This document shows, piece by piece, positions 10,139-20,078 of a stretch of DNA of 64,000 nucleotides. Location: the NCBI GenBank assembly GCA_040218735.1, contig JAVJQW010000021.1, forward strand, positions 91,629-155,628. Direction: 5' to 3'. The position numbers and the translations under genes were made by a program. Every line of letters begins with the position of its first letter. The stretch's first letter is position 1. This stretch comes from Deltaproteobacteria bacterium (GTDB lineage: Bacteria > Myxococcota > Kuafuiibacteriia > Kuafuiibacteriales > Kuafuiibacteriaceae). Under the pieces are notes generated by a model. That model was not told the origin of the DNA. It made no database searches and worked only from the letters and a program-made list of their open reading frames with translations.

Positions 10139-13100
10139 CTACCGGTACTGCTGACAGAAGAACGGGTTGGCGCTCGGACCCGCGCAGCTCGGGGGCACGC
10201 AGTGCCCCGGGTAGAACGTCGCGTTGTCACAGACGTAGTGCGACGGGAACCCGAGCGTCGCGCACTGGGCCGAGCTCGTGCACTCCTCTTCGCAGACGTC
10301 GGGCGGTCCCGCGTCGCGACACACCATCTGGTTCTCGGCTTCGCACGTCCCCTGCGAGATTCCGTCGCAGGTGTTGAGCGTGTTGACGCACACGCCGTGG
10401 TCCGCCTTCGTGTCCCACTGGTCGAAGTAGCACCCGCCGACATGCGAGGCGTACCCGTCGATCGCGTCGCAGTTGTCGAGGCAGAACCAGCGCATCTCCT
10501 CGAGCGCCTCCTGTCCGTCCGACGTCCCAGGATCCGGGAGGCAGGTACCCGGCGCGCTTCCGGGCCAACCTTCCTCCTGAGGAGAGCCCACGCACTTGAG
10601 GTCGGGCTCGTCGGGGAAGGCGCAGTCGGCGTTCGTTTCGCACGAGCAGCCGATCATCGTCTTGTCGCCGCACTTCATGCACTCCGCGTACTCGTCGATT
10701 CCGTTCTTCACGATCTTTCCGCACACGATCTGTTCGTTGGTGTCGTCCTCGCAGTACTGACCCGGCCCGTACGAGCCGTGCGCGACATACGAGCCCGCCC
10801 CGTCCGGGAACCCACCGTCGAGGAGGATGTCGTCGAACTGGGACACGACGACGTCACGACACGGGCAGCCCTCGAGGCCCCACTCGTTCGGGTCGTCGGG
10901 GTCACCGCACTGGGAGTATTCGTGTGGGTTCGGCGTGAGTGAGTAACTCAGACGGTTACGACATTTGTTGCTGTCGTAGACGGACTTCGTCAGCGACGAA
11001 GGCTCCGAGAAGTCGACGAACGCGAAGGTGTCGCTGGTGTGCTCACGGCCCGTCTTGATGTCGAGCTCGATGCTCGGCACCGGGATGAGCTTCTCGACGG
11101 ACGGAAGGTTCGCGCGGCAACCTTGGATGGCTCCCGCGATCCCCTCCCAGCTGTCCTCGAGCACCTGGTCGAGGGGGGTGCCGTTGGCGTTGTGCTCGAT
11201 GCAGTGGGTCATGATCTCCGGCTGCATGGCCCACGCCTTGATCTGCGCGAGGAGCTCACAACGTGCATCGTTCGTGGGGTTCGGTAGGGCGTTGGTCAGG
11301 CATTTGAACGGCGCGACCGTCGTGTTGAGCGGCAGCGGGAGGTCCACGTTGTCGAGGTTGAGCGCCAGGTCGCACACCCGAACGGTTTCGTCGTCGCCGT
11401 CGTCGTCCACGTCGTACTCGAACATCCCGGTCATCACGCAGATCGAAACCTGCGCTTCATCGAGGCGAGCGAACGATTGCTTCGCGTCGGGATCCGAGTA
11501 ACCGATGATCTGGTCCGCGAGCTGCGGGTTCCAGGGCTGCGTGATCGAGACGTTGTTCACGTGTGCCCCGTACAGGCTCTGGAAGGCCGGGGCCGCCGGC
11601 TGGGCCTCCTGGAGGATTCGAGCCCAACGCACGAATCGGTTTGAGCCGAGCTTTCGTGCTGCGCTGGTTCCGCTCGGGGCGCTGATGTCCAAGGTGATCG
11701 AGCCGGACGGGCCGATGTCCGCGACCGGCGCGGGCGGACACGCGTCGAGATCGTCGATGAACGTCTCCTCGGCGATGGCCGTCGTGATGTCTTCCTCGAC
11801 GAACCCGGTGACGATGTCGTTGGCGCTGCAGGGTGGGTTGCCGGAGATGCTCCCCCAGATTCCACACGCCGTATCGACGATCCAAGCGATGGTCGTCACG
11901 GCGGGTACGCCACCTTCGATGTCGACCTGAATGTCGACGGGCTGGAAGCGGATCGCGCTGAGCGCTCCGGCCCCCGGAACACACTGCGGCTCGAGCTTCA
12001 TCTGGATGCCGAACTCGGCGAGCCAGTTGTACTTCGTCCCCTTCGGCTCGGCGCAAGGCTTCGCGACGCCGAACGGGCAGTCGTAGTCGGAGTCGACGCC
12101 GTTGAGCACCTCGATGTCGAGGTCGACGACCAGGAGGTCCTGGTCGGTCGCGCCACCCACCGCCTCACGCGTCAGCTCTACCCACGGCGAGCTCTTGCGG
12201 TTGCCGACCGGCGGGCAGCCGCCCAGATCGCAGTCGGGCTGATTCACGCCGTACGTCCCCCGCCACGCGAACTGCAGGCCGCGGCCGTTGTCACAGAAGA
12301 GCGAGCCCGAGCAAGCGTCGGAGTCGTTGCCGCTCTTGAGGCGGTCCGCGAGGGTGCGGCCGAACGAGCCCTCGATCAGCGCTGCGACGCGCTCTTCGGA
12401 CAAGGTCACGGCGCCGAGGTTTGCCTTGAACGCGTCGGCGTCCGGCGCGGCGCCGTCCTCCGGGACGGGGAGGGCACCGATCAGCGACACGGCCTCGTTC
12501 TCGGACAGACCCCAGGAGGGGTTCATGCGCAGCTGAGCACCGGTCCATCCGGAGATTCCGCCGAGCGAGGAACCGCCGGACACGTGTTTGAGGAACTGCG
12601 CCGTCGGGCTCTTCACCTCGTGGAAGAACTCGATGCCGCGGATGCTGAGGGTGACCTCGTCGATCAGCCACTCCGTGTCGTAGGAGCGCCCTGCGCAAGG
12701 GATCGTGTGGGGGTTCTCGAAGCAGTTCGTGGCCGGGAGATCGAGGCCGAACTCCAGCTTCTCGATGCCTGCGAAGGTGGTGACGCCAGGGGCCACGACC
12801 GAGTAGCTGTCCGTGACCTCCTTGCGAAGGTCGTCGATGCCACGCTCGAGGTAGTTACAGATGGGCGTCGTCTCGACGTAGGGCCCGTCGCAGTCGTTGA
12901 GTTGCCAGCAAGCGTCGCGGGTGTTGGTACACACGCCGAGGCAGTTCTCGTCGCCGGGCGCGCACTGATCGGCGCACGTCTCGGCGTCTTCGAGGCATTG
13001 ATCGCAGTTCGGCTTCAGGTTCTCGCAGCCCTCCTTGACGAGGCAGGTCTCGTAGGAGGTGACGCAGGTGTCACAGCCGCGACCGGAACAGGTTTCGAGG

Positions 13101-13225
13101 CAGCCGATGAGCACTTCGCTGCACTCCTTACAGGCGACCTCGAACCCGGGGCCGTTCGCGTAGGCGGCGGGGGCACCGAGCATCGTGAGTAACGTCGCGA
13201 CTCGGCTGAGCGTTTGGGGGGACAT
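10139..13225 (-). CDS. Large (about 1028 aa) Cys-rich secreted protein, hypothetical
   Basis: Start MSPQTLSRVATLLTMLGAPAAYA (signal peptide; ATG as the complement of 13223-13225). It is dense in Cys (CKECSEVLIGCLETCSGRGCDTC...). The C-terminal third looks like EGF/Cys-knot modules (CSCETNADCAFPDEPDLKCV..., CEEECTSSAQCATLGFPSHYVCD). There is no recognisable enzymatic motif. Confidence 0.8.
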   Translation of the reverse strand: MSPQTLSRVATLLTMLGAPAAYANGPGFEVACKECSEVLIGCLETCSGRGCDTCVTSYETCLVKEGCENLKPNCDQCLEDAETCADQCAPGDENCLGVCTNTRDACWQLNDCDGPYVETTPICNYLERGIDDLRKEVTDSYSVVAPGVTTFAGIEKLEFGLDLPATNCFENPHTIPCAGRSYDTEWLIDEVTLSIRGIEFFHEVKSPTAQFLKHVSGGSSLGGISGWTGAQLRMNPSWGLSENEAVSLIGALPVPEDGAAPDADAFKANLGAVTLSEERVAALIEGSFGRTLADRLKSGNDSDACSGSLFCDNGRGLQFAWRGTYGVNQPDCDLGGCPPVGNRKSSPWVELTREAVGGATDQDLLVVDLDIEVLNGVDSDYDCPFGVAKPCAEPKGTKYNWLAEFGIQMKLEPQCVPGAGALSAIRFQPVDIQVDIEGGVPAVTTIAWIVDTACGIWGSISGNPPCSANDIVTGFVEEDITTAIAEETFIDDLDACPPAPVADIGPSGSITLDISAPSGTSAARKLGSNRFVRWARILQEAQPAAPAFQSLYGAHVNNVSITQPWNPQLADQIIGYSDPDAKQSFARLDEAQVSICVMTGMFEYDVDDDGDDETVRVCDLALNLDNVDLPLPLNTTVAPFKCLTNALPNPTNDARCELLAQIKAWAMQPEIMTHCIEHNANGTPLDQVLEDSWEGIAGAIQGCRANLPSVEKLIPVPSIELDIKTGREHTSDTFAFVDFSEPSSLTKSVYDSNKCRNRLSYSLTPNPHEYSQCGDPDDPNEWGLEGCPCRDVVVSQFDDILLDGGFPDGAGSYVAHGSYGPGQYCEDDTNEQIVCGKIVKNGIDEYAECMKCGDKTMIGCSCETNADCAFPDEPDLKCVGSPQEEGWPGSAPGTCLPDPGTSDGQEALEEMRWFCLDNCDAIDGYASHVGGCYFDQWDTKADHGVCVNTLNTCDGISQGTCEAENQMVCRDAGPPDVCEEECTSSAQCATLGFPSHYVCDNATFYPGHCVPPSCAGPSANPFFCQQYR

Positions 13226-13360
13226 GATATCGAGCTCCCTTCGGGTTGGTCGACGCGGGGGTTCGCGTCGTTCCTGGCCTCCTTCAGCGCGACTACGAGC
13301 GATCTGACGAAGAAAGAAAAACGAATGAATCGGTCCGCGGCGCGCCACTGCCGTGCCGAG

Positions 13361-14980
13361 ATGAAGCTCGACACAAAACGAAACCAGCTCTGGATGGCGT
13401 GTGGAATCGCCCTGACATGGGTGGGGTGCAGCCCCGTCGATCTCGAGGTGCCCGAGGTCGAGACGACCCAGCGTCCGCTCTACTTCGTCGCGGACAAGAT
13501 CCGGGACGAACGCGACATCGACGTCTGCTGGCAGGACGCTGGTTATGCCGCGGACAAGGCGCTCGTGCGCGAGGCGCTCAAGGGGCAGCGGTCATGGGAG
13601 GCGGTCGGCGGAATGAACTTCGTCGGCTGGGACGACTGTACGGGCGGCGAGGATATTCGAATCCGGGCCGGTGACTCGTACGGGGTCATCTACCTCCAGG
13701 ACCCGATCGACTACGCGATCATGACCCTCAACTTCGACGACGCCCTCAACTCCCAACGCTGCGCCATCGCGGGGCTGAATCGCGACGACTGCATTCAGGC
13801 GGTCGCCCTGCACGAGTTCGGGCACGCGCTGGGGTACACCCACGAACAGAACCGCCCCGACGAAGAAGGATGTTCGTGGGGGGCCTCGGGGACCAATGGC
13901 GACACGACCTACGGGAACTTCGACATCGACGCCATCATGGGCCACTGCAACTGGACGACGGAGCTGAGCGGCATCGAGGCGCGTGGCACCGCCTACGTCT
14001 ACGGGCCCCACCTCGGGGACCACTCCAACGCAGGTGACTACAACGGCGACGGGAACGACGACATCATGTGCCACAGCCGCATCGGCGGGGACGTCTGGGT
14101 CGAGCTCGCCAACTCATCGGGTGAATTCAGCTACAACAACTTCTACAGTGACAACGACTGGTGCCGCCACGACAGCGCGCGACTCTACAAGGGGGACTTC
14201 AACGGTGACGGGCGCACGGATCTCCTCTGTCACAACCTCGAGGAAGGCGCCGTCTGGGTCGACTACGCCGGCACGTCGGGTCAGTTCTACGGGACCGACT
14301 GGAGCATCGACAACGATTGGTGCAGGGCCACGGGCGCCTATCTTCACATCGGTGACTTCAACGGAGACGGTCGCGACGACCTGCTCTGTCACAATCGCGT
14401 GAGCGGGACGGTTCACGTCGACTACGCCAACGCGTCGGGGCGCTTCTACGGGACGGACTGGTGGGCCAACAACAGCTGGTGCAACGCGCCGGGCGCAAGT
14501 CTGTACGTGGGGAGCTTCGACGGAAACTCCAGCGATGATCTCCTCTGTCACAACGTCGACAACGGGTGGCTTCACATCGACCTCGCGAGTGCGAGCGGGC
14601 AATTCAACGGCTCGAATTTCTCGGCGGACACCAACTGGTGCGTCACCGGTGGTGCCGAGCTTCGCGTTGGTGACTTCGACGGTGACGGGTGGGACGACCT
14701 GCTGTGCCACAACGCAGGGACGGGTTGGAAACACATCGACTACTTCTGGAACGGGTTCACGGGCACCGACTGGAGCCGCGACGCCCAGTGGTGCCGGACG
14801 AACGGCGCCCGCCTGTACATCGGTGACTTCAACGGCGACGGTCGGGACGACATGCTGTGCCACAACGTCGCGACGGGTTGGAAACACATCGACTACGCCA
14901 ACAGCGCCGGTGAGTTCAATCAGACCGACTGGAGCCTGGACTCGCAGTACTGCCGCGCGGACGGGAGCAAGCTGCACTGA
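13361..14980 (+). CDS. Astacin-like (M12A-type metzincin) metalloprotease fused to a 7-blade FG-GAP-type beta-propeller
   Basis: HEFGHALGYTHEQNRPDEE matches the astacin signature HExxHxxGxxHExxRxDRD. It is followed by 7 repeats of about 47 aa (GDFNGDGRDDLLCHN....W.DYA..SG.F....W..D..WC), which are FG-GAP/integrin-alpha-like. The N-terminus MKLDTKRNQLWMACGIALTWVGCS is signal or lipoprotein-like. An alternative ATG exists at 13325. Confidence 0.85.
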   Translation: MKLDTKRNQLWMACGIALTWVGCSPVDLEVPEVETTQRPLYFVADKIRDERDIDVCWQDAGYAADKALVREALKGQRSWEAVGGMNFVGWDDCTGGEDIRIRAGDSYGVIYLQDPIDYAIMTLNFDDALNSQRCAIAGLNRDDCIQAVALHEFGHALGYTHEQNRPDEEGCSWGASGTNGDTTYGNFDIDAIMGHCNWTTELSGIEARGTAYVYGPHLGDHSNAGDYNGDGNDDIMCHSRIGGDVWVELANSSGEFSYNNFYSDNDWCRHDSARLYKGDFNGDGRTDLLCHNLEEGAVWVDYAGTSGQFYGTDWSIDNDWCRATGAYLHIGDFNGDGRDDLLCHNRVSGTVHVDYANASGRFYGTDWWANNSWCNAPGASLYVGSFDGNSSDDLLCHNVDNGWLHIDLASASGQFNGSNFSADTNWCVTGGAELRVGDFDGDGWDDLLCHNAGTGWKHIDYFWNGFTGTDWSRDAQWCRTNGARLYIGDFNGDGRDDMLCHNVATGWKHIDYANSAGEFNQTDWSLDSQYCRADGSKLH

Positions 14981-14986
14981 CCCCGC

Positions 14987-16555
14987 TCAGCGCAGGTCGA
15001 TGATCCCCTCGACGCCCATCTCGCGGAACCGCTCCGCCTCCGCGGCGATCGCGTCCGGGCCGTCGAGCGGGTAGGTACGCGGTGAGTTCCAGATCGATAC
15101 GTTCCCGTGTGCCTCGAGGCGCTCCACGATCTGCGGGGTGACCAGCTCGGCGCGGAGCGGGAAGAAGACCGAGCCGCCGACGTCCTCGGCGAGCGCGATC
15201 ATCTCGGACACCTGCGCCTCCGTGTACGTCGTCCCGGTTTCGGTCGAGCCGGTCTTGGCGCCGATCGCGATGTGCGCGTCGGGGAACGCCTCGCGGAGCC
15301 GGCGTACGTCGTCCGGGGTGGCGTTCGTGCCCGAGCCGCCCGGCCCCGTGATCGCGTCGATGTTGAACATCAGCTGGTCCTGCGGCACGTCCGACGCTTC
15401 GACCGCTTCGATGATGCCGTCGATCGAGCCGCGCTCCTTGATGTCGATCTTGAGCCCGCGCCCGGACGCCGCGCCGATCTCCAGCCAGTCCTCGAAGGGC
15501 AGTCCGTCGCTGGAGAACATGTCGTGGCCCATCACCGGCGGGTCGCGGCGGACGTCGCCCTCCAACCAGTCGTAGTCGCGTTCGAGCGCCTCGCGCATCT
15601 CGCCGACGGTGTTCGAGTGGTGCGCGTTTTGCTGCTCGTTGTACGGCACCGTCGAGCGGTCGCGGTCGTTCGCCGCGGCGTCGGCGGCGAGACCGGTCAG
15701 CTCCTCGCGCTGCGCATCCGAGAGCTCCACCGGCTCGAAGAACGCGTCGCGCGTGGCGTCGCGTCCCGCGTTCGCGAGGTCGCCGCCCGCGCCGGTGACC
15801 ACGTCCTTCGCGCCGCCGACCACGTCCGTGACCGTCCCCCACACGCCCGACCCGTCGCCCGGCAGCGAGACCTCGCCGTCCTCGATGAAACGCGCTGCGG
15901 CGCGGAGCTCGTCGGGGATGTTCGGGTCGTCGAGCAACGCGCGGACGTCGTCGTTGGAGTAGTGCTCGTTGCGGCCGCCGTTGCCGTCCGCCGCGTCCGT
16001 GAGGAAGAGGTAGCGGTCGAGGACGGCGCGCGCTTCATCCTCGGAGTCGATCACGCCGTCGACGCCGATCGTCTCGCCGTCCCAGTCCTGTTGCGCGAGC
16101 GCTTCCCCCGCCGACTCCAGATCCTCGCGGCTGATCTTGTCGTCGACCGACCCGACGTCCGCGCCGACGTCGAGGGCGTTGCGGAACGTCTCGCTCTCGA
16201 GGAGGAACGCCGCCTCGTCGCGCAGGGTCTGGGAGGCTTCGACCTCGCCGTCGCGGACGCGCTCGAGGTCTTCTTGGGTGATGTGATCGTCCCCGCCGGA
16301 GAGGACATCGAAGTTGTCCTCCAGCGTCTGCACGCTCTGCTCGAACCGCTGGTGGAGCAGGTGTGCTTGCCACCCTTCGCCGACGCGATGTTCTGCGCGG
16401 GCCGCGTCTGCGGTCGCAGCCGTCGCGGTGGGTACCGGCGCGCTCACGGCCGGCGCGGTGGCGGGTGCGGGGCCGGACGGCGCCCCCGCCACGTCCGACG
16501 AGACACCGACGGTGGCCGCGAGGGCGAGGGTGGACCGTTGGACGCCGCGAACCAT
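14987..16555 (-). CDS. Secreted hypothetical acidic protein
   Basis: Start MVRGVQRSTLALAATVGVSSDVAG (signal-like; ATG as the complement of 16553-16555). Asp/Glu-rich with clean coding statistics and no recognisable catalytic motif. It is convergent with the astacin gene across a 7-nt gap. Confidence 0.65.
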   Translation of the reverse strand: MVRGVQRSTLALAATVGVSSDVAGAPSGPAPATAPAVSAPVPTATAATADAARAEHRVGEGWQAHLLHQRFEQSVQTLEDNFDVLSGGDDHITQEDLERVRDGEVEASQTLRDEAAFLLESETFRNALDVGADVGSVDDKISREDLESAGEALAQQDWDGETIGVDGVIDSEDEARAVLDRYLFLTDAADGNGGRNEHYSNDDVRALLDDPNIPDELRAAARFIEDGEVSLPGDGSGVWGTVTDVVGGAKDVVTGAGGDLANAGRDATRDAFFEPVELSDAQREELTGLAADAAANDRDRSTVPYNEQQNAHHSNTVGEMREALERDYDWLEGDVRRDPPVMGHDMFSSDGLPFEDWLEIGAASGRGLKIDIKERGSIDGIIEAVEASDVPQDQLMFNIDAITGPGGSGTNATPDDVRRLREAFPDAHIAIGAKTGSTETGTTYTEAQVSEMIALAEDVGGSVFFPLRAELVTPQIVERLEAHGNVSIWNSPRTYPLDGPDAIAAEAERFREMGVEGIIDLR

Positions 16556-16704
16556 GGCGTCAGCTTCGCTCAGCGGCGTGGCGGGAACGATTACAGGGCG
16601 CTTAAACCACGGGGGCGCTCGACAGCGCACCGATGACCGCGACGGCGATCTCGATGGCCTAGGTGACCTGCGGCCGTCGTAGAAAATGCTGTATATACCC
16701 GCGA

Positions 16705-19065
16705 ATGCCTGCGGGGTCGGACGAGCGTGCGAGTCGGTGGTCGCCGCTGCTCGGCGGCGTCGTTGTCGCCGTCGGAATCATCGCCCTCGTGTGGCCGGCG
16801 GTACGCACCTCGGACGTCCTGTACTTCCGCGACCACACCGCCATCTTTCGGTTGCTCTTGCAGCAGGTCGTCGACGCCTACGGCGCGGGGGAGTGGGCGC
16901 TGTGGAACGCGAGCACGGGCGGCGGTGAGCCGCTCGCAGCGTACCCGGCGTCGATGGCGTACACGCCGCTGCTCGCCGTCTTCACGCTGCCCGGCGACTT
17001 TCACGAGCTGTACGACGTCTTCATCGCGGCCCACTACGTCGTCGCGGCGGGCGGCGCCTACGTGCTCGCGCGTTCCGTGGGCATGTCGCGCTCGGCGGCG
17101 TGGATGGCCGCGGCGGCCTACGCGCTCTCCGGTACGCTCGTCTCGCTCAACAGCCTGATCCCCGCGCTGTCGTCGGCGGCGTTCGGGCCCTGGGCGCTCG
17201 CCGCGGCGGTCCGTGTCTTCGATCGCCCGTCGCCGCTGAGCCTCGCGGGCCTCGCGCTCGCGCTCGCGCTGCACGTCTTCGGGACCGACCCGGCGTTCCT
17301 CGTCTGTGACGTCATCCTCTTTTTGGTGATCGCCTGGCCTCGCGTCCGCCGGGCGACCCCGGCTCATCGCGGGCGCGCGTTATTCGCGCTCCTCGCTGGC
17401 GCCGCGGTGGCGGCGGGGCTGAGCGCCATCTTCGTGTTGCCGACGATGGATCTGTTGTCGGGCAGCCTGCGTGGCGAAGGTTTCTCGTACGCGGTGAACG
17501 CGACCTACTCGCTGCCTCCGCTGCGTTTACTGGAGCTGTTCCTCTCCGGCGTGAACGGTGACTACTACGACGGGCCGACCTTCTTCGGTGACCACCGCCC
17601 GGATCTGTACCTTCCGTCGCTGTACGTGGGGGCGACCGTGTTTCCGGTGTGGGCCTGGGGCGTGCTGACGGGCAAGGACCGCCGCTTCACGATGACTGCC
17701 GTCGTGTTCCTCTTCCTCGCGCTCGGACACTACACACCGGTGCATCGAGTCGTGGTCGAGGTCGTCCCGGGCCTGGCGTCGAGCCGCTATCCGATCAAGT
17801 TCATGTACGGCTTCCAGGTCGCCGCCGCGCTGGCGATCGCGCGCGCCGTCGATGCGTTGGTGTCGTCGTCCGGGGATGCGCAACGCAGCTTGCGCGGGAC
17901 GCTCGTCGCAGTCGGCGCAGCGATGCTCGCGGCGACCTGCGTGCTGTCCGTCTTTCCTTCGTCGCTGGAGCCGTTCATCGTCGAGGGTTACACACTCGCG
18001 CAGACCGAGCCCTACTTCGCGGGGGCGCTCGCGCAAGCCACGTTGTTCGGCGGGGTGGGGCTCCTCGTCGTCGTGCTCGTGATGCGCCAGCCCGGCTTCG
18101 CGCAGATCGCCGTGCTCGTGCTCGTGGCGGTCCTCGCCGCCGACCTCGCCATCACGGGCCAGCGCGACTTCTCCGTCGAGGCGCGCGCGCTCTACGACGC
18201 CCCGCCGACGCGCCGCCACCTCGTCACCGCCGACGGCGCCCCGCCGGGCCTGTATCTGACCGAGCCGCGGCGCATGGTCCCCGGCGGCCGCCTGCGCGAC
18301 ACGACGTGGTTCACCGCGTCGAGGTTGGTCGCCGGCACCGGCGGGATGTTGGACGTCCGGTACGTCGTCGACCCGGACCTCAACTCGACACGAAAACTCC
18401 GCTGGCGGCAGGCGAACGACATCGCGTCGGCGCTCCCGCTCGGGCGGCGCGCGACGGTGCTCGGTCGCCTCGGGGTCACGCACGTCCTCGCCGACGGAGG
18501 TCCCGCGAAGGATCTCCCGGGGTTGCGCTACGTCGCGACCGAGGAGGTCATGCCCGGGGCGCTCGTCGCGATCTACGCCATCCGCGCGCACCGCAGGCGG
18601 TTCACGTTTACATCGTCGGTCGAATCCGTCGCGACGCCGCGGACGCTCGCCGAAGGGATGTTGCGGAGCCCGCTGTCGACGGCGTTCGTGCTGAACGATG
18701 ACGTCGCGTTGCCTTCGATCGGTCCGACGGCGACGGCGACGATCGCTACGCAGTACGTCGCGGACGATCGCGTGGAGCTGACCGTCACGACGACCGCCGC
18801 GCGCGGTGGGTTGCTGGTGGTGACCGGGCGACACGGCGACGGCTGGCACGCCACGGTCGACGGTGACGCCGTCGAGACGGTGCCGGTCGAGCTGCTCCTC
18901 CTGGGCGTCCCGGTGCCGACGGGGACTTCGAACGTAGAGCTCGTCTACCGCCCGCGCTCGTTCACGTTGGGGCGCACCGTGACGACCGTGTCGGCGGTCG
19001 TCACGCTGCTCCTGTTCGTGGTGGGGTGGCGACGACGGCGCCGCTCCGTTTCGAGCTCGGCGTGA
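16705..19065 (+). CDS. YfhO-like polytopic membrane protein (putative membrane glycosyltransferase family)
   Basis: The N-terminal two thirds have more than 10 predicted hydrophobic helices. The C-terminus is a large extracytoplasmic domain followed by a final TM segment (VTTVSAVVTLLLFVVGW) and an RRRRR stretch, an architecture typical of the YfhO family. Start is taken at MPAGSDER; an alternative ATG lies at 16663. Confidence 0.75.
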   Translation: MPAGSDERASRWSPLLGGVVVAVGIIALVWPAVRTSDVLYFRDHTAIFRLLLQQVVDAYGAGEWALWNASTGGGEPLAAYPASMAYTPLLAVFTLPGDFHELYDVFIAAHYVVAAGGAYVLARSVGMSRSAAWMAAAAYALSGTLVSLNSLIPALSSAAFGPWALAAAVRVFDRPSPLSLAGLALALALHVFGTDPAFLVCDVILFLVIAWPRVRRATPAHRGRALFALLAGAAVAAGLSAIFVLPTMDLLSGSLRGEGFSYAVNATYSLPPLRLLELFLSGVNGDYYDGPTFFGDHRPDLYLPSLYVGATVFPVWAWGVLTGKDRRFTMTAVVFLFLALGHYTPVHRVVVEVVPGLASSRYPIKFMYGFQVAAALAIARAVDALVSSSGDAQRSLRGTLVAVGAAMLAATCVLSVFPSSLEPFIVEGYTLAQTEPYFAGALAQATLFGGVGLLVVVLVMRQPGFAQIAVLVLVAVLAADLAITGQRDFSVEARALYDAPPTRRHLVTADGAPPGLYLTEPRRMVPGGRLRDTTWFTASRLVAGTGGMLDVRYVVDPDLNSTRKLRWRQANDIASALPLGRRATVLGRLGVTHVLADGGPAKDLPGLRYVATEEVMPGALVAIYAIRAHRRRFTFTSSVESVATPRTLAEGMLRSPLSTAFVLNDDVALPSIGPTATATIATQYVADDRVELTVTTTAARGGLLVVTGRHGDGWHATVDGDAVETVPVELLLLGVPVPTGTSNVELVYRPRSFTLGRTVTTVSAVVTLLLFVVGWRRRRRSVSSSA

Positions 19066-19069
19066 GCCG

Positions 19070-20077
19070 CTACTCTTCTTCTTCGTCGGACTTCTGCGCG
19101 CGCAGTGGCGTCGCCTCGGCGAACGGCGCGACGCGCAACGTCACGTAGAGCTGACCGTCCTGGTACCGATCGTAGAACACGTTCCCGAAGCGGCCGTCGC
19201 CCGCGATGACGTCGCGGTTGAACGTATAACCGACGCGGGCGGTGACGCCGGCCGGGAGGAAGACGTCGGTCCACAGGTTGAAGCTGCTCGCGACGCGGAT
19301 CGTCGACGGGTCGACGTCCTCCGGAACCGAAATCCCGTCGAACGCATGCGGGAACTGGTGCTGCAACCCGAACGCTGCGCCCGGCGAGAACATCCCCCAC
19401 TGGCCAACGACCGCGACGGTCCACGACAGCACGTCGGAGATGTTCGCGAGGCCGCTAGCCTGCTCGACGCAGGTCACGTCATTGCCGAAGCACTGCCGTT
19501 GGTACGGCAGGTCGTCGACCACGCCCGGCGTGGTGAACCGGTAGAACGCGTGCTGATAGCCGCCGCTCGCAGAGGTGATCAGCCGACCGCCGAGCACCCC
19601 CGAGAACACGTGCCACATCTGCACGCTCGCGTTGGGCGTCACCACCATCGTGCGCGCCTGCGAGATCTTCGACGTCGGGAGGATGAACCCCGCCGACAAC
19701 CCGATCCGGGAGCCCCACGGCAACGCGGGGAGCCCGAGGTAGTTCACGCCGACCGAGGTGTCGAGCAGCAGCGGCTCGTGCTCGGTCTTCGTGAAGTCGT
19801 TGTTCGTCCAGTCGTACGAGAAACCGAAACGCCCGGTGAGCGCGAATCCCTTCAGTAGATTCACCCGCGGCGTCACGACGAACGCCGACGTGACCGCCGG
19901 GTTGTGCGTGAGCTGCTGGTTCGTGGCGAAGGACTGAAGGTTGGCGGCGGTGGTGAACCCCACCGCCGAGCCCGCCAACCACTGGTTGACGGACTTTCCG
20001 CGCTCGATGGGCGCGACCGTCGCGACCGAGCTGGTGGGCACGGCCGCGACGGTCAAGATGAGCGCCGCGAGGTACAT
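19070..20077 (-). CDS. Hypothetical outer-membrane beta-barrel-like protein
   Basis: Signal peptide MYLAALILTVAAVPTSSVA. Alternating Gly/aromatic-rich strands with a C-terminal aromatic (F) near the end. It begins immediately downstream of the giant lipoprotein gene, within 1 nt. Confidence 0.55.
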   Translation of the reverse strand: MYLAALILTVAAVPTSSVATVAPIERGKSVNQWLAGSAVGFTTAANLQSFATNQQLTHNPAVTSAFVVTPRVNLLKGFALTGRFGFSYDWTNNDFTKTEHEPLLLDTSVGVNYLGLPALPWGSRIGLSAGFILPTSKISQARTMVVTPNASVQMWHVFSGVLGGRLITSASGGYQHAFYRFTTPGVVDDLPYQRQCFGNDVTCVEQASGLANISDVLSWTVAVVGQWGMFSPGAAFGLQHQFPHAFDGISVPEDVDPSTIRVASSFNLWTDVFLPAGVTARVGYTFNRDVIAGDGRFGNVFYDRYQDGQLYVTLRVAPFAEATPLRAQKSDEEEE

Positions 20078-20078
20078 C

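Noticed and set aside
16591-18849. Minus-strand ORFs 16591..17367 and 17527..18849 opposite the YfhO-like gene
   Set aside because: They are Arg/Asp/His-rich antisense frames. The plus-strand gene encodes a coherent multi-TM YfhO-like protein.
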